Assembly (NCBI GenBank): GCA_947258635.1
Contig: CAMYJM010000001.1
Span: forward strand, 1-32,032
Source: an uncultured Acidimicrobiaceae bacterium
GTDB lineage: Bacteria; Actinomycetota; Acidimicrobiia; Spongiisociales; UBA5794
DNA length: 32,032 nt
Reading direction: 5' to 3'
Part shown: positions 6,656 through 15,773 of the stretch, in pieces
Numbering within the stretch: the first letter of the stretch is position 1
Layout: every line of letters begins with the position of its first letter
The notes under the pieces: generated by a model
Seen by the model: the letters and a program-made list of their open reading frames with translations, nothing else
Databases searched by the model: none
Told to the model about the DNA's origin: nothing
Position numbers and translations under genes: made by a program

Positions 6656-9574
6656 GTGCCGAAGAAGCTGCTCACACTCGCGTCTGTAATGGTCCTTGCC
6701 GCCGGGTTGGTCTTTCCGGCCGCCGGAGCCGCGGCTCAGAACCCCGAAGCGCCGGGAGCTGCGGTGCGTCTCAAGGCCGGTACGTTCAACCCCGCCGGCG
6801 GCGAGTCGCTGAGCATTCCGCCGGGCCTGGCAATCGCCGGTTACGCAGCCGGTAGCGACGGCTACTACATCGTGCAGTTCGCCGGTCCCGTGCAGCAGGC
6901 GTGGAAGGATGCGGCGACCGCGGCCGGGGCCGAATTACTCGACTACCTGCCCGACTTCGCGTTCAAGGCGCGCATGACGCCGGCTGCTTCGGCGGCCGTC
7001 GCAGCGCTCGGCTCCGTCGCCTGGGTGGGAGTATTCCAGCCCGCCTACAAGCTCAACCCCGGGCTCGATGTAGCCGCCAACTCCCTCTATCGGGTGGAAG
7101 TCGAGCGCGGCGCCGATGCCGGGCTGGCGACGGCGGCGATCAACGCCACCGGTGCCTCCATCCTCAAACGCTCCGACAACACACTGCTCATCACCGCCGA
7201 TGCCGCTCAGCTCGAAGCGATAGCCAACGTGCTCGACGTGGCGTGGGTCGACGTCTTCCAGTTCAAGCAGAAGCACAACGAGTCCGGCGGCGGCATCATC
7301 ATGGGAGCCAATACCGCCATTGCCAGCGGCTACGACGGATCGACGCAGATTGCGGCCGTTGCCGATACCGGCATCGGCGACGGCACCCCGCCAGGCGCTC
7401 ACCCCGACATCCCGGCGAGCCGGGTGACGGCGATCTACAACTGGACCACGTCGAACGCCCGCGGCTGTTACCGCGTGCGCAAGGACGGCGCTCAGGACGT
7501 CGACAGCGGGCACGGAACCCACACCGCGGTCTCGGTGCTCGGGGACGGTGACGCCGGCGGACAGGGCCGGGGCACCGCGCCGGCAGCCGGTCTGGTGTTC
7601 CAGGCCGTCGAGGAGTACCTCGACACGTATGGCGGATGTGCCGGCTCACCAGACGGCTACTACCTGGTCGGCCTCCCCGACGATCTCCACGATCTCTATC
7701 AGCAGGCCTACAACGCCGGAGCCCGCATCCACTCCAACTCGTGGGGCAGCGACGTCAGCGGCGACTACACGCAGGACAGCGCCGATACCGACGACTTCGT
7801 ATGGGACAACCCAGACATGACCGTGACCTTCTCGGCGGGCAACGCCGGCACCGACGGCAACGCCAACGGCGTGGTCGACAACGATTCGATCGGCTCACCG
7901 GCGACTGCCAAGAACGTGATCACGGTGGGCGCCAGCGAGAACGCCCGCACCGACAACTGGCCGTGCGACACCGGCCTCGGTTACACGTCGCACGATGCCT
8001 ACCAGACCGGCCAAACCTGTAGCAGCATGGGCGGCCAGAACCTTCTGGGAACTTGGGGGCAGCGCTACCCGGCCGACTTCCCGGCTGGACCGCTCGCCGA
8101 CGACGTCACGGCCGGCAACGCGGCGCAGATGGCCTCATGGTCTAGCCGCGGGCCCACCGACGACGGGCGCATCAAGCCGGACGTGGTCGCCCCCGGCACG
8201 TGGATCCTGTCGGGGTACTCGAGCCTCTACCAGGAGGGCTACGGCGACCCGGTCAACCCGCGCAACGACATCTTCCAATGGGACGGCTGGGGAATGCCCG
8301 TCAACGACGCATACAAGTACATGGGCGGCACATCGATGTCGAACCCGCTGGTCGCCGGGGCGGCCACGGTGGTTCGCGACTTCTACCAGAAGACCGCCAC
8401 CCACAACGCCAGTGCGGCGTTGGTTAAGGCCACCATCATCAACTCGGCGATCGACATGGCCGACGAGAACAACGACGGCGCCGACGACAACGACTTCCCG
8501 ATCCCCAACGTCCACGAGGGCTGGGGCCGGGTCGACTTGGCTAATGCCACGGACGGCAGCCACCAGTATGTCGACGACGCCACGGGCGTCGCCACCGGAG
8601 GGGCGGCGAGCCACCAGTACACCGTTGTGAACGCAGGCTCGCCGTTCAAGGTGAGCCTGGTGTGGAGCGACTTCGCCGCCTCGGCAGCAGCCGGCGCGGA
8701 TCTGGTGAACGACCTTGACCTCACGGTCACCGCGCCCAGCGGTACGACCGTGTATCACGGCAACGTGTTCAGCGGGGGCTGGGCCACGACCGGCGGCAGC
8801 GCCGATCGGGTGAACAACGTCGAAAACGTCTACGTCCAGTCGGCCGCAGCCGGCACCTGGACGGTCGAGGTCAGCGGGTTCAACGTGCCGCAAGGCGCCA
8901 CGCAGCCATTCGCCATCGTCGTCGACGGCGAACTCGGCGGGGCTCCCGACACTCCCCCGGCAGTGAGCATCGCCAACCCGGTCGAAGGCGCCACCGTGTC
9001 GGGTGCGAGTGTCTTGGTCGCGGCGACGGCCTCCGATGACAACGGCGTCACTCAGGTGGAGTTCTTCGTCGACGGTGGTTCGATCGGCGTGGACGCCACG
9101 GCGCCGTACTCGCTCAACTGGGACAGCACATCGGTTGGCGACGGCGCTCGCGTCGTGAGCGCAACTGCCACAGACACGATCGGTCAAACCGCGACCGACA
9201 GCAACAACGTCACCGTGAACAACGTGGTCGACGCAGTGGTACATGTGGGTGACCTGGATGGGACCGCCACTGCGGCAGCGCGTGGCAAGTGGAGCGCGAC
9301 GGTGACGATCACGGTGCACGACGCCGCAGAAAACCCTGTGGCCAACGCGACGGTCAGCGGCAGCTGGAGCAGTGGCGTCAACGGCTCCGGCAGCTGCATC
9401 ACCAACGCGTCCGGACAGTGCTCGATCACCAAGAACGGCATCAAGAAGAACAGCTCGAGCGTGACGTTCACCGTGACCGGTGTTGCGGCCTCCGGATCCA
9501 CATACAACTCTGGAGCGAACCACGACCCAGACGGCGACAGCAACGGCACGACCATTGTGATCGCGGCGCCGTAG
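6656..9574 (+). CDS. secreted multidomain subtilisin-like serine protease (peptidase S8 family)
   Basis: GTG start at 6656, preceded by gggagaag. Signal peptide MPKKLLTLASVMVLAAGLVFPAAGAAA. The catalytic triad motifs are AVADTGIGDG (Asp), GHGTHTAVSV (His) and GGTSMSNPLVAGAAT (Ser), with NSWG supplying the oxyanion Asn. I9-like propeptide segments lie N-terminal, and beta-sandwich/Ig-like C-terminal domains follow (SDDNGVTQVEFFVDG...). Confidence 0.9.
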   Translation: MPKKLLTLASVMVLAAGLVFPAAGAAAQNPEAPGAAVRLKAGTFNPAGGESLSIPPGLAIAGYAAGSDGYYIVQFAGPVQQAWKDAATAAGAELLDYLPDFAFKARMTPAASAAVAALGSVAWVGVFQPAYKLNPGLDVAANSLYRVEVERGADAGLATAAINATGASILKRSDNTLLITADAAQLEAIANVLDVAWVDVFQFKQKHNESGGGIIMGANTAIASGYDGSTQIAAVADTGIGDGTPPGAHPDIPASRVTAIYNWTTSNARGCYRVRKDGAQDVDSGHGTHTAVSVLGDGDAGGQGRGTAPAAGLVFQAVEEYLDTYGGCAGSPDGYYLVGLPDDLHDLYQQAYNAGARIHSNSWGSDVSGDYTQDSADTDDFVWDNPDMTVTFSAGNAGTDGNANGVVDNDSIGSPATAKNVITVGASENARTDNWPCDTGLGYTSHDAYQTGQTCSSMGGQNLLGTWGQRYPADFPAGPLADDVTAGNAAQMASWSSRGPTDDGRIKPDVVAPGTWILSGYSSLYQEGYGDPVNPRNDIFQWDGWGMPVNDAYKYMGGTSMSNPLVAGAATVVRDFYQKTATHNASAALVKATIINSAIDMADENNDGADDNDFPIPNVHEGWGRVDLANATDGSHQYVDDATGVATGGAASHQYTVVNAGSPFKVSLVWSDFAASAAAGADLVNDLDLTVTAPSGTTVYHGNVFSGGWATTGGSADRVNNVENVYVQSAAAGTWTVEVSGFNVPQGATQPFAIVVDGELGGAPDTPPAVSIANPVEGATVSGASVLVAATASDDNGVTQVEFFVDGGSIGVDATAPYSLNWDSTSVGDGARVVSATATDTIGQTATDSNNVTVNNVVDAVVHVGDLDGTATAAARGKWSATVTITVHDAAENPVANATVSGSWSSGVNGSGSCITNASGQCSITKNGIKKNSSSVTFTVTGVAASGSTYNSGANHDPDGDSNGTTIVIAAP

Positions 9575-9594
9575 GCGCTGCTGTTCACGTAGCG

Positions 9595-9626
9595 GGAAGG
9601 GCTCGGAGGTGCGTCCGGGCCCTTCC
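9595..9626. terminator. hairpin downstream of the protease gene
   Basis: An 8-bp stem, ggaagggc (9595-9602) pairing with gcccttcc (9619-9626), encloses an inner cgga/tccg pairing. It starts 21 nt after the protease stop. There is no clear U-tract. Confidence 0.4.
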
Positions 9627-9639
9627 TACTTGGCCATTC

Positions 9640-9759
9640 CTATTTGCTGGCGCTCTCGACACGATCGCAGATCGTGCACAGCATCTTCTGCTCCATGACG
9701 AACGTGCCCGGCTCGACCGAGGCCTGCTCGAGGACGGCCGCAGCCGTGCCCGTTTCTTG
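9640..9759 (-). pseudogene. 3'-terminal remnant of an SRPBCC-family gene (paralog of 4142..4834)
   Basis: The minus strand reads QETGTAAAVLEQASVEPGTFVMEQKMLCTICDRVESASK-stop, with an in-frame stop immediately upstream (9760-9762). It aligns with the last ~39 aa of the intact SRPBCC protein (..AEPGTFIMEQKMLRTIRDRVENAGRV). The two loci share an identical 20-nt run, cagcatcttctgctccatga. Confidence 0.6.
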
Positions 9760-9785
9760 TCACACCCAGTTGACATGATGCACCC

Positions 9786-10942
9786 ATGCTGACGGGAACA
9801 TCCGAGTCGAATCCCCCTGTCGATGGTCTCGAATCGATCGACGATATCGAGCAAGAACTCGTCCGCCTCGAAGGGCTGGTATCGCAGGTCCGCACCCGCC
9901 AACTCGAGTTGCTCCGAGAGATCGACCGGCTCCAGGTCCCCTACTGGGACGGCACCCGATCGCTCAAGGAATGGATCGCCGGACGCCTCGACGTCCACCC
10001 CCGCACCGCCGGCGACCTGGCGGTGCTCGCCAAAGCTGAACCGGGGCCTATCGGAGATGCGTTGCGGGCCGGGGTGACCTCGGTTGATCGGGCTGCCGGC
10101 ACCACTCGCCTCGCCAACGCCGGGGCCGACGCCGCCACTCTGCACAAGGCAGACGGTATCGCGGTCGGCCAACTCGGGCGACTCAACGCACGGCAACGCC
10201 GCATGAGGACCGTGGACCATCATGAAGCGTTCCGGATGCGCCGAGTCTGGTTCCAACCCAACCTCGCGAACACTCTCGCCATCGGATCTATCACGATGGC
10301 CGGAGCCGACTGCGACATGTTTCTTGCCGGACTCGACGAGCGAGCCGACGAGATCGTCGACCCCGCCGACCCGAACCGGCCCCGCCTCGAGCAACGCCGC
10401 GTCGATGCCCTCGTCTCGCTAGCGCTCGACGCCGCCACCGGCCATGCCACCGACACGGAAGACCAACCGGCAACGGCGCGGCGCCGGCTCAAGGCCCACA
10501 TCTTCGTCGATGCCGCCATGTGCTCGCGAACCAACGGCGAAGCCGGGGCGACAACCAGGCTCGGCATCAAGGTCGGGCCGAACACACCCTCGAAGAGATC
10601 CTCTGCATCGGCGAAACCCAAACGACGCTGATCGACGCGGCTGGTCTCAAGGCAGTCCCCACCCACGGGGACAGGCTCCCCAATCGCACCCGCGACTTCG
10701 TCTTCTTCCGCGACGGCGGCTGCACGGCAGACGGCTGCACCTCTACGTACCGTCTCGAACCTCACCACATACGCGAGCGCGGCCGCGGCGGGGACCACGA
10801 CCCCAACAACCTCACACTGCTGTGCTGGTTTCACCACCACGTCGTCGTGCATCAAGAAGGCTTTCGAGTCGATCCCCACTCGCCACCCGGAAGGCGCCGC
10901 TTCATCCCGGCGGGGGTAACCCGAGCGCCACCTGACGGGTAG
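9786..10942 (+). pseudogene. DUF222/HNH endonuclease gene (REP13E12-like), disrupted by a -1 frameshift near 10581-10590
   Basis: ORF 9786..10631 encodes a typical DUF222 N-terminal region (..LELLREIDRLQVPYWDGTRSLKEWIAGRLDVHPRTAGDL..). The HNH nuclease part (RDFVFFRDGGCTADGC...EPHHIRERGRGGDHDPNNLTLLCWFHHHVVVHQEGF) lies in the -1 frame (ORF 10520..10942). The two join naturally at ..IKVGPNT|LEEILCIGETQ... Confidence 0.8.
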
Positions 10943-11082
10943 CGTCACCCCGCCCGCTCCACCACAGTGGACATCGAGAAATCGGCCCTCGGCCAAGTCA
11001 ACTCCGCCGCTCCTGTTCCCGAACAAGGCTCCAGCAAAGCTGGTCCGGTTGGGCGCGTCCCAACCAACACCGCATTGTGCCG

Positions 11083-12588
11083 TCAGCACCCAGAGTCGGG
11101 GTCCGGACGCACGTCGACAGCCGGAAGGCGATCGAAGTGGCCTTCAATCAGGCCGGCGCCCACATCTCCCGCCGACTTCATCAGAACGTACTCGCCGGCA
11201 TACCGGACCGTCCACGACCGGTCCTCGGTGAGAACAATGGCATATCCGGCCTCGGAGTAGTCGACTCGCCAGCAGCCCTGCCACGTCTCGCCCGGGCCAC
11301 CGCCGACGTATCCCTCACCGCCGCCGGTGAACAACTCCTCAACATAGAACGTCGCCGGATCGCCCACCTGCTCGATCATCAGCACCAGCCCATCTCCGAA
11401 CTCGAACTCGGCAACGATCCGATGATCCTCCGGCAGCGACAAAGTGGCGGCGTACCTGCTCGGATCGAACGACGTCTCGGTCGGAGCAGACCCCTCCCAC
11501 GGGTACGCCACCAGCTCTTCGATCCCGATCCCCTCCACACCTACCAGCCAACCTCCGGGCATCTCGACAAGATCGTCCGAACCGAAACGGTCGATTGGGT
11601 CCGCCCCCGGCAGGCAGCCGGCCCCCTGTCCCGTGATCACCTCGTCCACGTAGGCAATGCTCGCCCCGATGCAGGTGGATTCGTGGGTGATCTGTATCCA
11701 CCTGATCTTGACGCCGGGCCGGAGGTAGAGCACGTCCATCGGCACCGACCCCTCGAGCCCCACATGCCACGCCAGGGCGCCCAACCAGTGTTCAGCGGGG
11801 TCGGTCATGGCTTCCAGCTCATGCTGGAGCGAACCCTCTGAGTGGACAGCGACCGGAGGCACGAACTGGACGTCCGAACCCACAAGCGAATCGACATGAC
11901 TGCGCGACTCGGGAGCCACCGGCTGGGAATCCGACGCCGCATAGAACACACAGGGCGCGCCGGACTGAAATGGTCGATCCCCCCAATACTCATGACTCGT
12001 CTCCTGTTCACGACGCCATTGTGGTTCCAGCTCATCGAACACCATCGGGACGGTGAACGTGCCCGGGTCCACAAGCGTGACCGCGGCCGCGCCACCACCC
12101 GCGATTACATCGCCGTGTTGCTGGGCAACACCGAGCACCCAGTCGGTGGGCCCATCGGGCGCCCCTACCGCCGCGGTCCAATCGCCGGTGATTTTCCAAC
12201 GATTCGGCCAGGTCATGGTGCAGGACGTGAGAATGAAGACGGCACCATCGGGAGACTCAACTCTTTCGAGGGCTTCGAAATCATCCTGATCGGCAACCGT
12301 GAGCTGCCGCACACTGGCCGCGACCCCCGTGTCGACTCCCGGGAAGACCAGAGCCGGATCCGCCGCAGGCGACGCTGTCGCGGGCGTCGCCACCGTGGTC
12401 GTTGTCGTCGAAGAGTCGACGCTCGTCGTGGGCACCGCGACGGTGGAAGCGGTTATCGAGGAGCGACCGCCGGCAACGGCGTTGGCGGCTGTCGAGGATG
12501 GCTCTGATTCGACACCGCAAGATGCCGCAACGAAAGCGCAAGCAAGAAGCAGAAGACCACTCAGCGCGGATCTCGAGATTGCTCCCAT
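11083..12588 (-). CDS. putative lipoprotein of unknown function with a Ser/Thr-rich linker
   Basis: I place the start at ATG 12588 (MGAISRSALSGLLLLACAFVAASC|GVE; signal peptide with lipobox-like AASC), preceded by aaggattgg. A low-complexity linker (STVAVPTTSVDSSTTTTTVATPATASP) is followed by about 400 aa with no motif I recognise. The listed ORF extends to 12717. Confidence 0.7.
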   Translation of the reverse strand: MGAISRSALSGLLLLACAFVAASCGVESEPSSTAANAVAGGRSSITASTVAVPTTSVDSSTTTTTVATPATASPAADPALVFPGVDTGVAASVRQLTVADQDDFEALERVESPDGAVFILTSCTMTWPNRWKITGDWTAAVGAPDGPTDWVLGVAQQHGDVIAGGGAAAVTLVDPGTFTVPMVFDELEPQWRREQETSHEYWGDRPFQSGAPCVFYAASDSQPVAPESRSHVDSLVGSDVQFVPPVAVHSEGSLQHELEAMTDPAEHWLGALAWHVGLEGSVPMDVLYLRPGVKIRWIQITHESTCIGASIAYVDEVITGQGAGCLPGADPIDRFGSDDLVEMPGGWLVGVEGIGIEELVAYPWEGSAPTETSFDPSRYAATLSLPEDHRIVAEFEFGDGLVLMIEQVGDPATFYVEELFTGGGEGYVGGGPGETWQGCWRVDYSEAGYAIVLTEDRSWTVRYAGEYVLMKSAGDVGAGLIEGHFDRLPAVDVRPDPDSGC

Positions 12589-12729
12589 CGGCCAATCCTT
12601 GCAGACGACACGCGGCACGGATTGAGCTGCCAATCCGGCGGTGCCGCGATCAGGCCAGGATGTAACCCGGTTCGCCCACGTCATGCGTGCGGCGAGCACC
12701 CGGCTGCCTCCATCCAACGAGGCGACCGA

Positions 12730-13878
12730 CTATTCGTCATCGAGCGGCATCAGTTCGGTTCTGGTCGTTCCCGCCAGCTTCGTCCAGTCGTTCAGTAGAG
12801 CCTCGGCAACCTGATGAGGGGCGGCAACTCCGGCATGACTACCGGCCCTATCGGCGGCGAAGGCGCCGTGGCTGTGAGCGGCGGGAGCTCCACTGCTGCA
12901 CGTCTCGCAGAGCATCCTGATGTTGGCCGTCCAGTCTTCAAGAGCCCAGCCCATTGCGCGAAACCGGTCGGAGAGATCTTGGATCTGATCAATTGGGCCG
13001 TCGATCAAGCATTCCCAGGTCGGCACCTGCGATGCTTCCCAGCGTTCCAGTTCATCGAACACAGGAAACGTGTGGTCGCCGAGCGTCCGCTCACCTCTCG
13101 GCTCGCCGTCATGAAGGACAATGTCGTGCCACCGGTGGCCGCTACCGGGAAGCGGGACGTTTTCGAGTCGGATCCGAGCAGGATCGAGACGCCGACCCCA
13201 GAGGACCTCGGCATTGGCAGCCGGGTTGATGCGTACAGGGGACGGACCCCAATCCATCTCTAACGGCCCCGATCCGGGCGTGATCTCGATCCCGTAGCCG
13301 CTCCATGCCGAGCGGGCGGTGTCCCAGTCGCGCAAAGCCGTCGCCGCGATCCCCAGGTTCCAGAAGGCCGGATCCTGCTCGTCTGTACCCAAGTCGATGG
13401 ATCTCTGGTTGCATGCCGCAGCTTCGTGCCAGCGGCCCTGGCTCTTGTAGATCAGGCCGAGGTTGAACCAGGGCATACCGATCAGAGGAAGGGTGTCGAT
13501 CGATTGCATGAACAGCTCCTCGGCAGCCGCGAAGTCCTCGGTGTCCAATGCCGACCGCCCCTGCTCGTTCAGCTCGAACGCCCGCTCAGCGTCCTCTCGG
13601 GACGGCTTCTGCGACCAGTCCGGCGGTGGGTAGTTCAGTACATCGATCACGAGGGAACCGTAGCTTTCGACGTCACCGTGTGAGGTTGCAGCGTCGTAGC
13701 GGCCTTCCCAATGCATCGGATGGCTCGGGAACCACTTCCATCCCACCATACCCTTGACACGCCGCGCCGACCCGTGCGACACTGCAGTCCGAATTCTTGG
13801 CGACCGCTCCGGTGCGCCCCAAGGGAGGTGAGATCCGTGTTCAGAAAAATCAGCATCAACGCCGCGGATCTCGCTCAC
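12730..13878 (-). CDS. TPR-repeat-containing cytoplasmic protein of unknown function
   Basis: The long ORF contains TPR-like helical repeats (AEELFMQSIDTLPLIGMPWFNLGLIYKSQGRWHEAAACNQRSIDL...FWNLGIAATALRDWDTARSAW) and a conserved-looking C-terminal half (HRWHDIVLHDGEPRGER...). The start is uncertain. The first 43 codons after GTG 13878 have weak third-position G/C bias (25 of 43 by my count), so ATG 13749 is an alternative. Confidence 0.7.
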   Translation of the reverse strand: MSEIRGVDADFSEHGSHLPWGAPERSPRIRTAVSHGSARRVKGMVGWKWFPSHPMHWEGRYDAATSHGDVESYGSLVIDVLNYPPPDWSQKPSREDAERAFELNEQGRSALDTEDFAAAEELFMQSIDTLPLIGMPWFNLGLIYKSQGRWHEAAACNQRSIDLGTDEQDPAFWNLGIAATALRDWDTARSAWSGYGIEITPGSGPLEMDWGPSPVRINPAANAEVLWGRRLDPARIRLENVPLPGSGHRWHDIVLHDGEPRGERTLGDHTFPVFDELERWEASQVPTWECLIDGPIDQIQDLSDRFRAMGWALEDWTANIRMLCETCSSGAPAAHSHGAFAADRAGSHAGVAAPHQVAEALLNDWTKLAGTTRTELMPLDDE

Positions 13879-13973
13879 GTCCCGGCGTTCCTCTAGCCCT
13901 CACGGCTAACTGAGCGAATGATCCGGCGGCCAGCCAGCCGCCACCCCGCCCGTCCTGTTCTTCAGGCAGCACC

Positions 13974-15773
13974 ATGCACGCCGACGGTGCCGCTGCCCGT
14001 GTGGAAGGTCACCAAGAAATGATCCCCGTCCGTTCCTATCTCCGAATACTCGGCAAGTACCTCAGACCGCTGCGCAGGCGGGTGGTCTTGCTCACCGTGG
14101 TCGCGCTCGGCGGGATCGGGCTGCAGTTGGCCGGACCCCAGTTGATTCGTGCTTTCCTCGACGGCGCCACCGGTGGCAAGTCTCCGAGCGACCTGGTGCC
14201 GCTGGCCTTGTGGTTCATCGCGATCGCGGTGTTCCAGCAGGCAGCCAAGGTGTGGGCCACCTACCTGTCAGTCGATGTGGGATGGTCGGCAACCAACGAC
14301 CTGCGAGCCGACCTCGCCGAGCACGTGCTGCACCTCGACATGGGCTTCCACAAGAGCCACACGCCGGGAGCCTTGATCGAGCGGATCGACGGTGACGTGA
14401 CCTCGCTCTCCAACTTCTTCTCGGCGTTCACGATCCAGGTGATCGGCAACATGATCTTGATCGGCGGAATCCTGGTGCTGTTGTGGATCGAGAACGTCCT
14501 CGTCGGGCTGGGCGTCTCGGTGTTCGTCGTGGTGATCCTCGCCGGCATGGTCAAGGTCCAAACGATCGCCGTCCCCCGCTGGAAGGCAGTCCGCGCCCGC
14601 AGCGCCGAGCTGATGGGATTCATCGGCGAGCAACTCGGAGGCACCGAGGACATCAAGGCCAACGGCGGTGACCAGTTCATGCTCGCTCGCTTCACCAGCA
14701 TCCTGCGGCAATGGCTGCCCGAGCAGGTGCGCGGCCGCCATGGTTTCTCGATGCTGTGGGCCATGGGCATAACGACCTACATCATGGGCCTCACGGTTGT
14801 GATCTGGCTCGGCTCGGTGCTGTTCAACGACGGGGTGATGACGCTGGGAAGCGTCTACCTGGTGTTCCACTACGTGCAGATGACTCATGAGCCGATCGAG
14901 CAGATCAGGGCGCAGATGGAGGACTTCCAGAAGGCCGGCGCCGGGATCGCCCGGGTCGAGGACCTGCTCGAGCGCGAGTCGATCATCGCCGACACAGGCA
15001 CCAGCCGCCTGCCGGATGGGCCGCTCCAGGTGGCCTTCGACAAGGTCACCTTCGCATACGCGGACGAGGGAGACGACGGGCTCCCGGTGCTCGACGAGCT
15101 CGAGTTCACGCTGCCCGCCGGTCGCATCCTGGGTGTCCTCGGGAGATCCGGCAGCGGCAAGAGCACACTCGCCCGCCTGCTGACGCGCCTCTACGACCCG
15201 CAGGCCGGCGCAATCCGGCTCGACGGGACTGCTCTCACCGCCGTCCCCGTGGCGGACCTGCGCCACCGGGTGGCCATGGTCACCCAGGACGTGCAACTGT
15301 TTGGTGCCAGCATTCGCGACAACTTGACGTTCTTCGATCACACCATCGACGACGAGCGGCTGCTGGCCGTGATCGAAGAGCTCGGGCTGACACCCTGGCT
15401 GGAATCGCTGCCGGTCGGCCTGGACAGCCGCCTGGAGGCGAGTGGTTCCGGGCTTTCGGCCGGACAGGCGCAGTTGCTGGCCTTCACCCGCATCTTCCTG
15501 CGCGACCCGGGACTGGTGATTCTCGATGAGGCATCGTCACGTCTGGACCCCGCGACCGAAGAGCTGATCGAACGCGCCGTCGACCGGTTGCTCGAGAACC
15601 GGACGGGAATCATCATCGCTCACCGCCTCGCCACGATAGAGCGGGCCGACGACATCCTGATCCTCGAAGCCGGTCACATCATCGAATCGGGCGATCGGAT
15701 GACGCTGGCGAATGATCCCGATTCGAGGCTCTCCCATCTGTTGGCCACCGGCCTCGAGGAGGTGCTGGCGTGA
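13974..15773 (+). CDS. ABC exporter subunit, fused permease and ATPase; carries the consensus catalytic site
   Basis: A six-helix type-I exporter membrane domain is followed by an NBD with Walker A GRSGSGKST, signature LSAGQAQ, Walker B LVILDEAS (catalytic Glu present) and H-loop IIIAHRL. An alternative start at ATG 14019 (MIPVRSYLRIL) is preceded by ggaagg. Confidence 0.9.
   Translation: MHADGAAARVEGHQEMIPVRSYLRILGKYLRPLRRRVVLLTVVALGGIGLQLAGPQLIRAFLDGATGGKSPSDLVPLALWFIAIAVFQQAAKVWATYLSVDVGWSATNDLRADLAEHVLHLDMGFHKSHTPGALIERIDGDVTSLSNFFSAFTIQVIGNMILIGGILVLLWIENVLVGLGVSVFVVVILAGMVKVQTIAVPRWKAVRARSAELMGFIGEQLGGTEDIKANGGDQFMLARFTSILRQWLPEQVRGRHGFSMLWAMGITTYIMGLTVVIWLGSVLFNDGVMTLGSVYLVFHYVQMTHEPIEQIRAQMEDFQKAGAGIARVEDLLERESIIADTGTSRLPDGPLQVAFDKVTFAYADEGDDGLPVLDELEFTLPAGRILGVLGRSGSGKSTLARLLTRLYDPQAGAIRLDGTALTAVPVADLRHRVAMVTQDVQLFGASIRDNLTFFDHTIDDERLLAVIEELGLTPWLESLPVGLDSRLEASGSGLSAGQAQLLAFTRIFLRDPGLVILDEASSRLDPATEELIERAVDRLLENRTGIIIAHRLATIERADDILILEAGHIIESGDRMTLANDPDSRLSHLLATGLEEVLA

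Noticed and set aside
8135-9523. 462-aa ORF antisense to the S8 protease gene (smaller antisense ORFs also lie at 6935..7522 and 7299..7649)
   Set aside because: This is a typical high-GC shadow ORF. The translation is Arg/Gly/Ala/Val/Asp-rich with no motifs. The sense strand carries unmistakable S8 catalytic motifs and the expected third-position G/C bias.
9585-12507. ORFs 9585..10394(-), 10220..11089(-), 11077..11841(+) and 11842..12507(+) overlapping the DUF222-HNH and lipoprotein genes
   Set aside because: These are shadow ORFs of high-GC coding DNA with no motifs. The opposite strand has the DUF222/HNH signatures, or a signal peptide with lipobox and coding bias.
9575-13878. The possibility that the HNH-to-TPR region is a prophage, genomic island or defence island
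   Set aside because: I saw no integrase, transposase, tRNA target, flanking direct repeats, phage structural genes or known defence domains (nuclease-helicase, STAND, TIR, Sir2 and the like). Only the decayed HNH gene and two unknown proteins are present.
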